Assembly: GCA_029548865.1 (NCBI GenBank)
Contig: JAKPMO010000024.1
Coordinates: 99,256-163,255 of the forward strand
Source: Caldisericota bacterium
GTDB taxonomy: Bacteria; Caldisericota; Caldisericia; JAAYUI01
Length of the DNA stretch: 64,000 bases
Reading direction: 5' to 3'
The stretch's first letter is position 1, and the number at the start of each line of letters is the position of its first letter. Both the position numbers and the translations under genes were made by a program. This document shows positions 56,101 through 64,000 of the stretch, piece after piece. The notes below the pieces were generated by a model, which saw only the letters and a program-made list of their open reading frames with translations, did not search any database and was not told the origin of the DNA.

Positions 56101-56968
56101 TTACATTGCTATTTGTAGCTGTAAGTACTACTCCAGATGCATTGACCCATGATGCGCCATTCCATCTAGTAAAGAAGATTTCGTAATTGCCTGGTGTGTT
56201 GTCCTCCCACGCAATGCAGGGGTTGCCAGAAGGATCAAGAGCAAGGGAAGGATACTCTGACCACCCTGAATTGTTGCTCACATTGGCATTGGTTGCCGTG
56301 ATTATGGCACCCGAAACATTCACCCATGAGAAGCCATTCCATCTGGCAAAGAAGATTTCATCATTGCCAGGGGTGCGGTCTGTCCATGCAATGCAAGGGT
56401 TACTGGAGGAGTCTAGGACAAGGGAAGGCCCATATGAATCTCCTGAATTATTGCTTACGTTCCCATTGGTGGCTGTAAGTGTTGCACCCGAAACATTCAC
56501 CCATGAGGAGCCATTCCATCTGGCAAAAAAGATTTCAGAATTGCCAGGGGTGTAGTCGCTCCATACAATGCAAGGGTTACTGGAGGAATCTAGGGCAAGG
56601 AAAGGCCGATATGAACCTCCTGAATTGTTGCTCACATTGGCATTGGTTGCCGTGAGCGTTGCACCTGAAGCATTCACCCATGAGGAGCCATTCCATCTGG
56701 CAAAGAAGATTTCATCATTGCCTGGTGTGTTGTCTTCCCACGCAATGCAGGGGTTGCCAGAAGGATCAAGAGCAAGGGAAGGACCCCATGAACCTCCTGA
56801 ATTGTTGCTCACGCTTATGTCTATTGGCTGTGGGTTTGCATTTCCAATATATGGTGATCCACCGGCGCCAACCCATCCAACCACTGCCTCTGCCGTCTTT
56901 GGTGCAGGTACAACTGCAAAGCAAGCAAACATAATCGATACAGCAAGCAAAACCCTAATCATCTTCAT
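53132..56968 (-). CDS. Giant secreted repeat protein: ~7 near-identical 60-aa blade repeats + ~7 degenerate 65-70-aa repeats, DUF11-like and PKD/Ig-like C-terminal domains
   Basis: Signal peptide MKMIRVLLAVSIMFACFAVVPAPKTAEA. Repeat unit NVSNNSG.S..PSLALDPSGNPCIAW.D.TPGN.EIFFARWNGSSWVNVSGATLTATN. Second series has ...W.G..WVG.NG.PYDP.TGANA. C-terminus LDATNVVLDDVFPRELKYV (DUF11-like) and a PKD-like final module. Confidence 0.8.
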   Translation of the reverse strand: MKMIRVLLAVSIMFACFAVVPAPKTAEAVVGWVGAGGSPYIGNANPQPIDISVSNNSGGSWGPSLALDPSGNPCIAWEDNTPGNDEIFFARWNGSSWVNASGATLTATNANVSNNSGGSYRPFLALDSSSNPCIVWSDYTPGNSEIFFARWNGSSWVNVSGATLTATNGNVSNNSGDSYGPSLVLDSSSNPCIAWTDRTPGNDEIFFARWNGFSWVNVSGAIITATNANVSNNSGWSEYPSLALDPSGNPCIAWEDNTPGNYEIFFTRWNGASWVNASGVVLTATNSNVSSNSGCSWYLILTLDPSGDPCIAWCDNTPGNYEIFFSRWNGSSWVNVSGTTLTATNGNVSNNSGYSWYPSLTLDPSGNPCITWYDNTLGNYEILFARWNGSSWVNVSGAALTATNGNVSNNSGDSYSSSLAIDPSGNPCIAWMDYTSGDPEILFTRWTSSFDGSFTITKSVDTNGDGAYDDSGKQVKVGDTLHYKIDWSFNNPNNDPLIDPYVYDTVPAGTHYLAGSATPLNDLSYSTDNGSSWTPGEPPDGSQAGTMLRWGPIPQGWTTADNIPFDPVADNALVSGTAAQVSLALGPNGRPCLAFSDYVGHDDFRYDIFFVKWDGARWVGVNGQPYDPLTGANANVSKSITDSDGASLAIDKYGYPCIAWGEKIHPDVVSSWDIFFVRWNGYMWVNAQGEQYDGSNANVSNTPSTSYGVSLAIDGQNNPNLVWYDYYGPPYSFDVNFLKWDGTAWVNVQGVPYNGANADISKTSSSSEFPVLRLDSSGNPCVSWSEGSYGGYDVVYIKWNGATWVGANGLPYDPVTGANANVSRNGGYSSYPSLCLDGFDNPNIVWHDYSYGGTAIVSVKWDGTQWVGANGMPYNPATGANGIVAMNAVIGGGPSSPTRLAAKITCIDVDKTGNQCVSWWGNIAGNRGIYFARWDGTRWIGGNKQPFDPITGANAYTGGGFDAQYTNFANAVSMAMEDNFDEPFIGWYNQTPDLYTASLIKYLPPTAPRSFGFSAIVEETPVDSQINNQAFSRHALDQGVPALSNNVAVNTKKPVKKAILEVTKKAKAFQYNIDDIFAFQITIRNIGNLDATNVVLDDVFPRELKYVSSLPSGAAGPSKIRYQVGSLSPGQSKTYLLKFSLAKSLSFAGNCLTITNKASAVSDSAEAVTDYATISVCKQPPTKEIVLDATWKGINTKTNEARVNEEIKLDLSVEGGAPPYEITVNWGNGTKSTKTIQSKDNLVSFENSYSSQGDFEVLITCVDSFGRSARQSRVIHIK
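55400..56850. repeat. Tandem ~180-bp coding repeats (about 7-8 copies, >85-95% nucleotide identity) inside the giant protein gene
   Basis: Recurring cattcacccatgaggagccattccatctggcaaagaagatttcat at ~55789, 55965, 56140, 56318, 56498 and 56678 (period 176-180 bp). Also visible as repeated peptides in the spurious plus-strand ORFs 56187..56555 and 56568..57074. Confidence 0.8.
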
Positions 56969-57070
56969 GGCTTCTACTCCCTCGAGCAAGCATGTAATTA
57001 ACCAAAAGGCAATGTTACTCTTCTATCGTTATAAGTCAAACAACCATATTATTTATAATATATGTAAAAA

Positions 57071-57490
57071 TTAATTTTTTATAGACTCATTTATATTCAA
57101 AAATGGGCATAGATCAAAATTGTCATGGGATTGTTTATTATCTGGAGATAAAACGTATCCTAGTTCAGAGTGCAAGTCATTCTTTCTAAAGCTGTCGCAG
57201 GAAACTACAGATCCAGGCAAAACAATTTTCTCTAATTCTGTGTTATTTTTTATATTATTATATATTGTTAAATTATCTTGATACACATAAGCTGGTCTAA
57301 AATCAAAACCATCGATGGCTGATCCAACCATTATTCCCATTGGTCTTTTGTCAGTTACATCTGCGATGCTAACTCCAACTTTGTGATCACCAAAATTCAC
57401 CACTACAGTGTTTTCTTGAGCAAGATAACACATGGCAACAATAGGAAGCAACACTCCTATTATGATTAAAATAACACTTCTTCTCTTCAC
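57071..57490 (-). CDS. Small membrane-anchored hypothetical protein; first gene of the low-GC island
   Basis: MKRRSVILIIIGVLLPIVAMCYLA is an N-terminal TM helix. 139 aa. AT-rich. Confidence 0.4.
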   Translation of the reverse strand: MKRRSVILIIIGVLLPIVAMCYLAQENTVVVNFGDHKVGVSIADVTDKRPMGIMVGSAIDGFDFRPAYVYQDNLTIYNNIKNNTELEKIVLPGSVVSCDSFRKNDLHSELGYVLSPDNKQSHDNFDLCPFLNINESIKN

Positions 57491-57531
57491 AAGTTTTTTG
57501 CTAACAACATCTTTTCTTCAAATTGACAAAA

Positions 57532-58752
57532 TTACATTTTCACCGAATATGTACCCCTATTGGTCAGAAAATAGAGTGCACCATCGCGATCTTCATAACG
57601 GGCCAAATAAACCTCAGTTCCATTTTCAAAAGGTTGGATATTATCAACAGTGAACTCGGCCGAACCAGCTACTCCCTCTTTCACTCTAACTATTTTGTAT
57701 CCATCACCAATTTTGAACAGGTAGGATTTATACAAAAAATCTTTAGGTGCATGACCACTATCGTTATTTCTGTTCAATTGCAATGGTGTTACTGCTTCAT
57801 ATCCCTTGCCATCGATCACCTTAACAAATTTCGCTCTATCGCTTTTGCGCTTGGCATCCTTGATCCAACAAATACCGTCAGAATATGGGAAAATCATATC
57901 ATCAGAGAACCCTGGCCTTACATTTTCAACTGGTAGTTTGAAATTGTTGCCTACATCAAAATCACGGACATGCGCAAAAGTGCTTGACGAAAGCAGAAAT
58001 TTACCATCAGAAAAAACGTAGGAGTAATCCTCATATGGGTCATCTTTAGCATTCATTGATTCTATCTTGTTCGGTTCCAAACATGGATCAGAAGCTATTT
58101 TCTCAAAAATTTTCGCTATTCCGTCCTTCTGATCAATCGTGTAATATCTTAATTTGCAGCCATCATTGACTATAAATAATGGAAACTCCGGAAAGATGTC
58201 GTATCCATTATTTACTTTCATTATGCCAAGATCCAGCCCACTATATAAAAGTTTTGCCTCGATAAATCCATTACCTCTAAGAACTAATTGCCGATCTTCA
58301 ATATCAGATGATGGTTCATGTATGGTTTTCTTGCTTATTATCACATCTGATTTGGTTTTTGTTTCCCACAATATCTTCTTTTTCGGTATATCATAACAAG
58401 CAAGATAATTGGAATCTTCCATCTTGCTTAAAACTGACAGAACAAGGGTGCCACCGGTAAAAAATAATGAGTGGTCAATATATTTGCCGCTTAATTCTGT
58501 TTCCCAAACCGGCATTTTTCTTGTTATGTCCTCATAACCAAACATTCTGGTGCCATCTTTGCTGACGGTCAGCAAAAACCTGTCACTTTTAAATGGAGCC
58601 TTATCAACATAACTTATTGGCTTTTCTTCAAAGGGTTTGTTATCGATGAGGTTCCATTTGATATAATTTTCTGGCGCTCCACAGGAAATCAAAGCGGCTG
58701 CAATCAACAAAACAATGGACGATTTTAGGGATATACAGCTCATGGCCACCAA
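57532..58752 (-). CDS. Lipoprotein, hypothetical (possible beta-propeller; ~406 aa)
   Basis: Lipobox LISCGA. PQQ/propeller-like KKILWETK motif. Low-GC DNA. Confidence 0.5.
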   Translation of the reverse strand: MVAMSCISLKSSIVLLIAAALISCGAPENYIKWNLIDNKPFEEKPISYVDKAPFKSDRFLLTVSKDGTRMFGYEDITRKMPVWETELSGKYIDHSLFFTGGTLVLSVLSKMEDSNYLACYDIPKKKILWETKTKSDVIISKKTIHEPSSDIEDRQLVLRGNGFIEAKLLYSGLDLGIMKVNNGYDIFPEFPLFIVNDGCKLRYYTIDQKDGIAKIFEKIASDPCLEPNKIESMNAKDDPYEDYSYVFSDGKFLLSSSTFAHVRDFDVGNNFKLPVENVRPGFSDDMIFPYSDGICWIKDAKRKSDRAKFVKVIDGKGYEAVTPLQLNRNNDSGHAPKDFLYKSYLFKIGDGYKIVRVKEGVAGSAEFTVDNIQPFENGTEVYLARYEDRDGALYFLTNRGTYSVKM

Positions 58753-59984
58753 AAATTATGTGAGTCTTTGTTTCCTCTTATTAGTCGTACGTTGGTTGTA
58801 TAAATACCTTCGTTTGTAAAAAGTGTTATTTTTGAATTTGTAGCGCGCGCGGAATAGGATCTAACATTTTTTATAATCCCGTTAATAGGAGTAAAACCTA
58901 TCTCTGTGTATCCTTTATCAGACATCCAGTAGCCTTTCAGCGTGTATCTACCACCCATCTGTTTTCCAAACAAATAAAAACTCTCCTGAATACCCAGAGA
59001 GAAATCTATTATACCAATACATTCCAGACCAGGGTCATTTATCGAATAGGAAACATCCCCATTCTTTTTCGACACAGCTATAATGCCAGTGTCATTATAG
59101 AAAAACTCATTGGCCATCCAGTGATTCTCTTCAACAGCTTTAGGCCAACATTGTTTTAACAATGAATGTTTCTTTTCCCACACAATCTTGCCAGAAATCA
59201 AATCTATGCTGTAAACAGAGTTGCCATTATAGAACATGAAAGCCCTTGTATCGTCAATTACATTCCTTGCTATTGTACTTACAAAAAACGTTTTTTCTAT
59301 TTCCCCACCAGGAATACTGATGGTTCTTTCCAACTTCAGGTTATTATAAACAAACATATTGTTTCCATCATAACAAACAAACCTGAAATTGCTGCCATAA
59401 TCACCGAATTTGCATAATGCAACTTTTTGGCCAAAATCTTTTTCGAGTATCAATTCTCCATACAAGTCATATACTTGCAGATGTTTCCCATCTTCTGAAA
59501 GACACATGATTTTTTCAAGCTGTTTGTCATCATTGATATAAAAAGAATTAACAATTTTTGCAGATTTGGTGTCTTTTTCCCAGAACAAATAGGCCTCAGA
59601 CCAATCACTTTTACACACCCTTATAACGTCAACAATTTTATTGCCAGCGTTTGTACGTATAATTGCAAGCAAATGCTCTGAGTCATATTTGGTAAAACAG
59701 TCCTGTTTATAGTAAACACCGGCAAGCTCACAACCTGATGCTGTCCATGCTATCGAAAGTATCTCGCCACCAACATCAAACTCGCGAATTCTAGATAACA
59801 CCTTATTAACCAGGACCAGTTTACTTTCTTCAGCCACAACGACCTCACCACCATACAAAACAAGTAAAGGCTTAAATACTTCGTCACTTACTTTCTGCAC
59901 GCTGTTGATTTTCAATATGCATCCTCCAACAGAAGCACAAAATATGATTATTAATATTACCGGAATTGATATTGCCTTTTTCAT
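58740..59984 (-). CDS. Lipoprotein, hypothetical (possible beta-propeller; ~414 aa)
   Basis: Signal peptide with ASVGGC lipobox. ISGKIVWEKK motif. 13-nt overlap with the downstream lipoprotein gene. Confidence 0.5.
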   Translation of the reverse strand: MKKAISIPVILIIIFCASVGGCILKINSVQKVSDEVFKPLLVLYGGEVVVAEESKLVLVNKVLSRIREFDVGGEILSIAWTASGCELAGVYYKQDCFTKYDSEHLLAIIRTNAGNKIVDVIRVCKSDWSEAYLFWEKDTKSAKIVNSFYINDDKQLEKIMCLSEDGKHLQVYDLYGELILEKDFGQKVALCKFGDYGSNFRFVCYDGNNMFVYNNLKLERTISIPGGEIEKTFFVSTIARNVIDDTRAFMFYNGNSVYSIDLISGKIVWEKKHSLLKQCWPKAVEENHWMANEFFYNDTGIIAVSKKNGDVSYSINDPGLECIGIIDFSLGIQESFYLFGKQMGGRYTLKGYWMSDKGYTEIGFTPINGIIKNVRSYSARATNSKITLFTNEGIYTTNVRLIRGNKDSHNFWWP

Positions 59985-60108
59985 GCTCCTCCTTTAGCTA
60001 AAAGTTTCCTTTTCCATGGCCTCAGTGTTCTTAGATTGAGAGACGGATTTTTCCCACACTCTCCTACTTGTTTTTTTGGAACTATCAGATCTTCGAGAAT
60101 TTATAATA

Positions 60109-61362
60109 TCATTTGAATACAATCTTGAATGGACGTTTGATGCTGTATTGGTAAACACGGCTGTGAGTCAAGAATACATGATTTTCTATATAATTTTCAT
60201 AACCATTTTGGTTTGTATCCAAAAGAAAAATATATCCTCTATATTCACCCTCAAAGGATTCACAGGTGACAACCTTGGCTTTGCCTTCTGTGGCAAGGAT
60301 AAGGACAGGTTCATATTTGTTGCCACCAAGTTGTCTGAGGAAAATGGCCGTATTTACTGAAGAGAATACATTGTTCTCATTATTATTTAAGCTATCTATC
60401 AGCTTCCATCCATCACCATCAACAATTAACTTTGTTTCTCCGGTGCTGGAGGATATGGCCATTATGCCTTGTTTTGTTGGGACAAAGTAGCATCCCAATC
60501 TGTCTACTCCGTTCCCAATGATGTCAATCTGTTTTTTCCATAATACTTTCTTCTCTTTGAATGATACACTCCAGGCATTGGAGCCATCATAGAACAATAC
60601 TTCATTGTTGTCTCTTACATTGAAGTAACCTATGAGTATCATTCTGTCATTGATTGGAACATCATCCAGTTTGATTGTTCCATCAATAGAGCCATCATCG
60701 TTGTAATGTGTAAGGAATTGGCCATCGAAAATGTATAATGATTCGGTAAAATATTCCCTCTCTGGACCTGAGATAAATGATGGTTTGTCCAATTTGAGTA
60801 TTTTCGGTTCGTCTTTTAAATTCGATGTAAGATACATGTAAATTGTGTCGTTTTTTGATGTAGTACAAAATAGGTGATATGGGGAGAGGTACAATATGCG
60901 ATTGCAGGGTGTTTTTGTGCATCCTGATATAGTGAATTTGTCACCCTGTTCGTTTATTTTGCATATGTAATTGCCATCCTCTTTTTGAATCAAAAAGAAG
61001 TATTTGCCGAGTTGTGATATTATTTTGCCTGGAAACTCCAGATAATTGTCTTTATTTGTAATGGCATCAAGCAATTCATTGGTTATGTAGCCGTCATCTC
61101 CTATCTTGAGTTTCGCTATGCCGTTACCATAAAAATAGTATCCAGGATATCCCCATGCCCATCCACATATTTCTTTGATTTCCTTTTTTATGCTGGTGCT
61201 ATCAAGGTGGTTGGTTCGATTGATGATGAAAGCATCGTTGGATTTTTTCCCAAAGGTATTGATGATGCCCACCTCCTTTTGACACAAGACACAAGAGGCT
61301 ATGAAGAGGAGGGCCAGTACAGCAGCAACCACCGTTACAACAACCCACATTTTCTTATTCAT
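60109..61362 (-). CDS. Tandem-array lipoprotein paralogue 1 (417 aa)
   Basis: MNKKMWVVVTVVAAVLALLFIASC (lipobox IASC). AGGAGG RBS 10 nt upstream. Shares long identical blocks with paralogues 2 and 3 (e.g. FLTHYNDDGSIDGTIKLDDVPINDRMILIGYFNVRDNNEVLFYDG; RVYQYSIKRPFKIVFK C-terminus). Confidence 0.6.
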   Translation of the reverse strand: MNKKMWVVVTVVAAVLALLFIASCVLCQKEVGIINTFGKKSNDAFIINRTNHLDSTSIKKEIKEICGWAWGYPGYYFYGNGIAKLKIGDDGYITNELLDAITNKDNYLEFPGKIISQLGKYFFLIQKEDGNYICKINEQGDKFTISGCTKTPCNRILYLSPYHLFCTTSKNDTIYMYLTSNLKDEPKILKLDKPSFISGPEREYFTESLYIFDGQFLTHYNDDGSIDGTIKLDDVPINDRMILIGYFNVRDNNEVLFYDGSNAWSVSFKEKKVLWKKQIDIIGNGVDRLGCYFVPTKQGIMAISSSTGETKLIVDGDGWKLIDSLNNNENNVFSSVNTAIFLRQLGGNKYEPVLILATEGKAKVVTCESFEGEYRGYIFLLDTNQNGYENYIENHVFLTHSRVYQYSIKRPFKIVFK

Positions 61363-61588
61363 TTTATCAGTACCTCCTCTTCATGTTCTCTGTTATGATT
61401 TTATACCACTGTCAAGGTATTGGTTTTTTGTAGTTCTTGCCAACTTTGCTTTTTGCAGAAACGGTACCTTTGAGAGAATGCATAGTATACCTATCATCAT
61501 TACCGTTAGTTGTGACTATAAGATCATCAATTGTTTTCCCAAGATTTTCAAAAGCTTTTCCAAAAGCATTCTGTGAGGATTTATGACA

Positions 61589-62833
61589 TCATTTAAACAC
61601 GATCTTGAATGGACGCTTGATGCCGTATTGGTAAACACGATCGTGGGTGAGGAAAACGAAATTATATTGATCATTTGGAGTGCCACCATCGCGATGTATG
61701 TCTATCAAGAAAAAGTACCCTTTGTATTCACCCTCAAAGGGTTCACAGGTAACAACCTTGGCTTTGCCTTCTGTGGCAAGGAGAAGGACAGGTTCATATT
61801 TGTTGTTGCTGAGTTGTCTAAGAAAAGCAAAAACGTCACCGGAAGAATATGTGTTGCGCTCGTTATCATTTGCACTGTCTACCAGTTTCCACCCATCACC
61901 ATCAACAATTAATTTTGTTTCTCCGGTACTGGAGGATATGGCCATTATACCTTGCTTTGTTGGTGCAAAGTAGCATCCCAATCTGTCTGCTCCCTGACCG
62001 ATGATGTCAATCTGTTTTTTCCATAGCACTTTTTTATCTTTAAAAGAGATGCCCCAGGCATTGAAACCATCATAGAAGAGGACTTCGTTGTTGTCTCTTA
62101 CGTTAAAGTAGCCTATAAGTATCATTCTGTCATTGATTGGAACGTCATCCAGTTTGATTGTTCCATCAATAGAACCATCATCGTTGTAGTGGGTGAGGAA
62201 TTGGCCATCGAAAATGTATAATGATCCCCTGAAGTGATTTCTCTCCGGACTCGAAATGAATGAAGGTTTGTTGAGTTTCAATATCTTTGGAGTGTTTTTC
62301 AAATCAAATGCAGGATACATATAGATCACATCATTGTCAGATGTTGTGCAGCATAAATAATCCTGAATATAACATACTATGCGACTGCAGGGTGTTTTTA
62401 TATATCCTGATATAATGAATTTGTCATCCTGTTCGTTTATTCTGTATAAATAATTGCCATCACTACGTTCAATCAAAAAATCATTCCACATTCGTGATAT
62501 TATCTTCCCTGAAAATCCGATATAATTATTTTTATTTATGATCGTATCTAATAGATCATCAGTTATATAGTCACCTCTTATTTTGAATTTCGATATGCTG
62601 TTAGCATAAGAATAGTATCCAGGGTATTCCCATCCATATACTTCTTTGATTTCCTTTTTTATGCTGGTGCTCCCAAGGTGGCTGGTTCGGTTTACGATGA
62701 AGGTCATATCAGATCTTTCTCCAAAGGTATTGATGATACGCACCTCCTTTTGACACAAGACACAAGAGGCTATGAAGAGGAGGACCAGTACAGCAGCAAC
62801 CACCGTTACAACAACCCACATTTTTTTATTCAT
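61589..62833 (-). CDS. Tandem-array lipoprotein paralogue 2 (414 aa)
   Basis: Identical signal peptide/lipobox, conserved central and C-terminal blocks, divergent in residues ~40-230 and ~330-400. Confidence 0.6.
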   Translation of the reverse strand: MNKKMWVVVTVVAAVLVLLFIASCVLCQKEVRIINTFGERSDMTFIVNRTSHLGSTSIKKEIKEVYGWEYPGYYSYANSISKFKIRGDYITDDLLDTIINKNNYIGFSGKIISRMWNDFLIERSDGNYLYRINEQDDKFIISGYIKTPCSRIVCYIQDYLCCTTSDNDVIYMYPAFDLKNTPKILKLNKPSFISSPERNHFRGSLYIFDGQFLTHYNDDGSIDGTIKLDDVPINDRMILIGYFNVRDNNEVLFYDGFNAWGISFKDKKVLWKKQIDIIGQGADRLGCYFAPTKQGIMAISSSTGETKLIVDGDGWKLVDSANDNERNTYSSGDVFAFLRQLSNNKYEPVLLLATEGKAKVVTCEPFEGEYKGYFFLIDIHRDGGTPNDQYNFVFLTHDRVYQYGIKRPFKIVFK

Positions 62834-63038
62834 TTTATCAGTACCTCCTCTTCATGTTCTCTGTTATGATTTTATACCACTGTCAAGGTATTGGTTTTTT
62901 GTAGTTTTTGCCAACTTTGCCTTTTTCAGAAACAGCGCCTTTGAGGGAATGCATAGTATACCTATCATCATTACCATTAATTGTAACTATACGATCTTTA
63001 TCTCCCAATCTTGCAAAAGCACTTCTAAGTTTCTAATA

Positions 63039-64000
63039 TTATTTAAATACATACTTAAACGGATGCCTAATACTGTATTGATAAACACAGCATTGAGTCA
63101 AGAATACATTGTTATCTATATAATTTTCATAACCATTTTGGCTTGTATCCAAAAGATGAATGTATCCTCTATATTCACCCTCAAAAGGCGCACAGGTGAC
63201 AACCTGGGCTTTGCCTTCTGTGGCAAGGATAAGGACAGGTTCGTATTTGTTGTTGCTGAGTTGTCGGATAAAAACGAAAATATCACCGGAGGAGTATGTT
63301 CCATGCTCATTATCACCCCAGCTGTCTACTAGCTTCCATCCATCACCATCAATAATTAACTTTGTTTCTCCGGTATTGGAGGATATGGCCATTATGCCTT
63401 GCTTTGTTGGGACAAAGTAACACCCCAATCTGTCTACTCCGTTCCCAATAATGTCAATCTGTTTTTTCCATAGAACTTTTTTATCTTTAAAAGAGATGCC
63501 CCAGGCATTGAAACCATCATAGAAGAGGACTTCGTTGTTGTCTCTTACATTGAAGTAGCCTATGAGTATCATTCTGTCATTGATTGGAACATCATCCAGT
63601 TTGATTGTTCCATCAATAGAGCCATCATCATTGTAGTGTGTAAGAAATTGGCCATCGAAAATGTATAATGATTCGGTAAAATATTCCCTCTCTGGACCTG
63701 AGATAAATGAAGATTTACCCAACTTGAGTATTTTTGGTGCGTCTTTTAAATAATCCCATTTATCCATTCTTGGATACATGTAAATCGTGTCGTTCTTTGA
63801 TGTAGTACAAAATAGGTGATATGGGGAAAGGTACAATATGCGATTGCAGGGTGTTTTTATGTATCCTGATATAGTGAATTTGTCATCCTGTTCATTTATT
63901 CTGCATATGTAATTGCCATCCTCTTTTTGAATCAAAAAGAAGTATTTGCCGAGTTGTGATATTATTTTGCCTGGAAACTCCAGATAATTGTCTTTATTTG
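63039..64000 (-). CDS. Tandem-array lipoprotein paralogue 3, N-terminus beyond window end
   Basis: Frame stays open to base 64000. 63936-64000 matches 60985-61060 of paralogue 1. The ORF-track Met at 63935 is internal. Confidence 0.55.
   Translation of the reverse strand, partial: NKDNYLEFPGKIISQLGKYFFLIQKEDGNYICRINEQDDKFTISGYIKTPCNRILYLSPYHLFCTTSKNDTIYMYPRMDKWDYLKDAPKILKLGKSSFISGPEREYFTESLYIFDGQFLTHYNDDGSIDGTIKLDDVPINDRMILIGYFNVRDNNEVLFYDGFNAWGISFKDKKVLWKKQIDIIGNGVDRLGCYFVPTKQGIMAISSNTGETKLIIDGDGWKLVDSWGDNEHGTYSSGDIFVFIRQLSNNKYEPVLILATEGKAQVVTCAPFEGEYRGYIHLLDTSQNGYENYIDNNVFLTQCCVYQYSIRHPFKYVFK

Larger units (their letters stand above)
60040..64000. repeat. Tandem array (period ~1.47 kb, >=3 units) of lipoprotein gene plus upstream region, mosaic identity
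   Basis: Gene starts at 61362 and 62833 (period 1471 bp). Intergenic 61363..61450 is almost identical to 62834..62920. Long identical nucleotide runs alternate with diverged segments. Confidence 0.7.

Noticed and set aside
55400-56850. Considered whether the regular repeats could be a CRISPR array
   Set aside because: Period 180 bp with no short invariant repeat/variable spacer alternation, the region is one continuous reading frame, and no cas genes are present.
56187-57074. Plus-strand ORFs 56187..56555 and 56568..57074 with internally repeated peptides (also 55678..55860, 56659..56934)
   Set aside because: They are frame artefacts of the 180-bp tandem repeats inside the minus-strand giant protein gene. 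The minus-strand frame is continuous for 1285 aa with signal peptide and domain logic.
60076-60360. Plus-strand ORFs antisense to the tandem lipoprotein paralogues (also 60266..60490, 61583..61912, 61680..61973, 62772..63332, 63160..63420, 61301..61576)
   Set aside because: They mirror the repeat structure only because they lie antisense to repeated coding DNA. They have no RBS, and the minus-strand genes have signal peptides, RBS and coherent length. Called spurious.

Overview
64-kb bacterial chromosomal window, densely coded on both strands. The core backbone is: rsfS-nadD-obg-rpmA (with a PLP racemase-fold gene where rplU normally sits), secD-secF, ispE-rsmA(ksgA)-yabE-like, cca, three tandem M42 aminopeptidases, gcvT, an orphan transketolase N-terminal subunit, rpsF-ssb-rpsR-rplI, a methionine-salvage trio (mtnA-mtnP-mtaD), nnr, nfeD-SPFH, rapZ-yvcK-rpoN, queA and birA. 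Synteny and domain repertoire (YabE/KsgA/IspE, YvcJ/YvcK, copper-amine-oxidase N-terminal 'stalk' domains, PEGA domains) point to a Firmicutes/Clostridia-like or related anaerobic lineage, but this cannot be fixed from sequence alone. Accessory material: (i) a giant secreted protein convergent with a ~1190-aa Ser/Thr-kinase/STAND-NTPase/TPR protein; (ii) downstream of a long tyrosine recombinase, a ~11-kb translationally coupled locus, namely a Zn-ribbon/FHA protein, a Hanks kinase with PEGA ectodomain and a secreted PQQ-propeller, then ArsR, redox-active-disulfide protein, a second PQQ-propeller, two thioredoxins, CcdA, ArsP and Acr3; (iii) an M23 peptidase and a 1285-aa surface protein built from near-identical 180-bp tandem coding repeats (about 14 propeller-like blades, then DUF11/PKD-like C-terminus); (iv) from ~57 kb to the window end, a clearly AT-richer island of at least six minus-strand lipoprotein genes, ending in a >=3-copy tandem array of mosaic ~415-aa paralogues with near-identical upstream regions. 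No rRNA, tRNA or CRISPR array was recognised.
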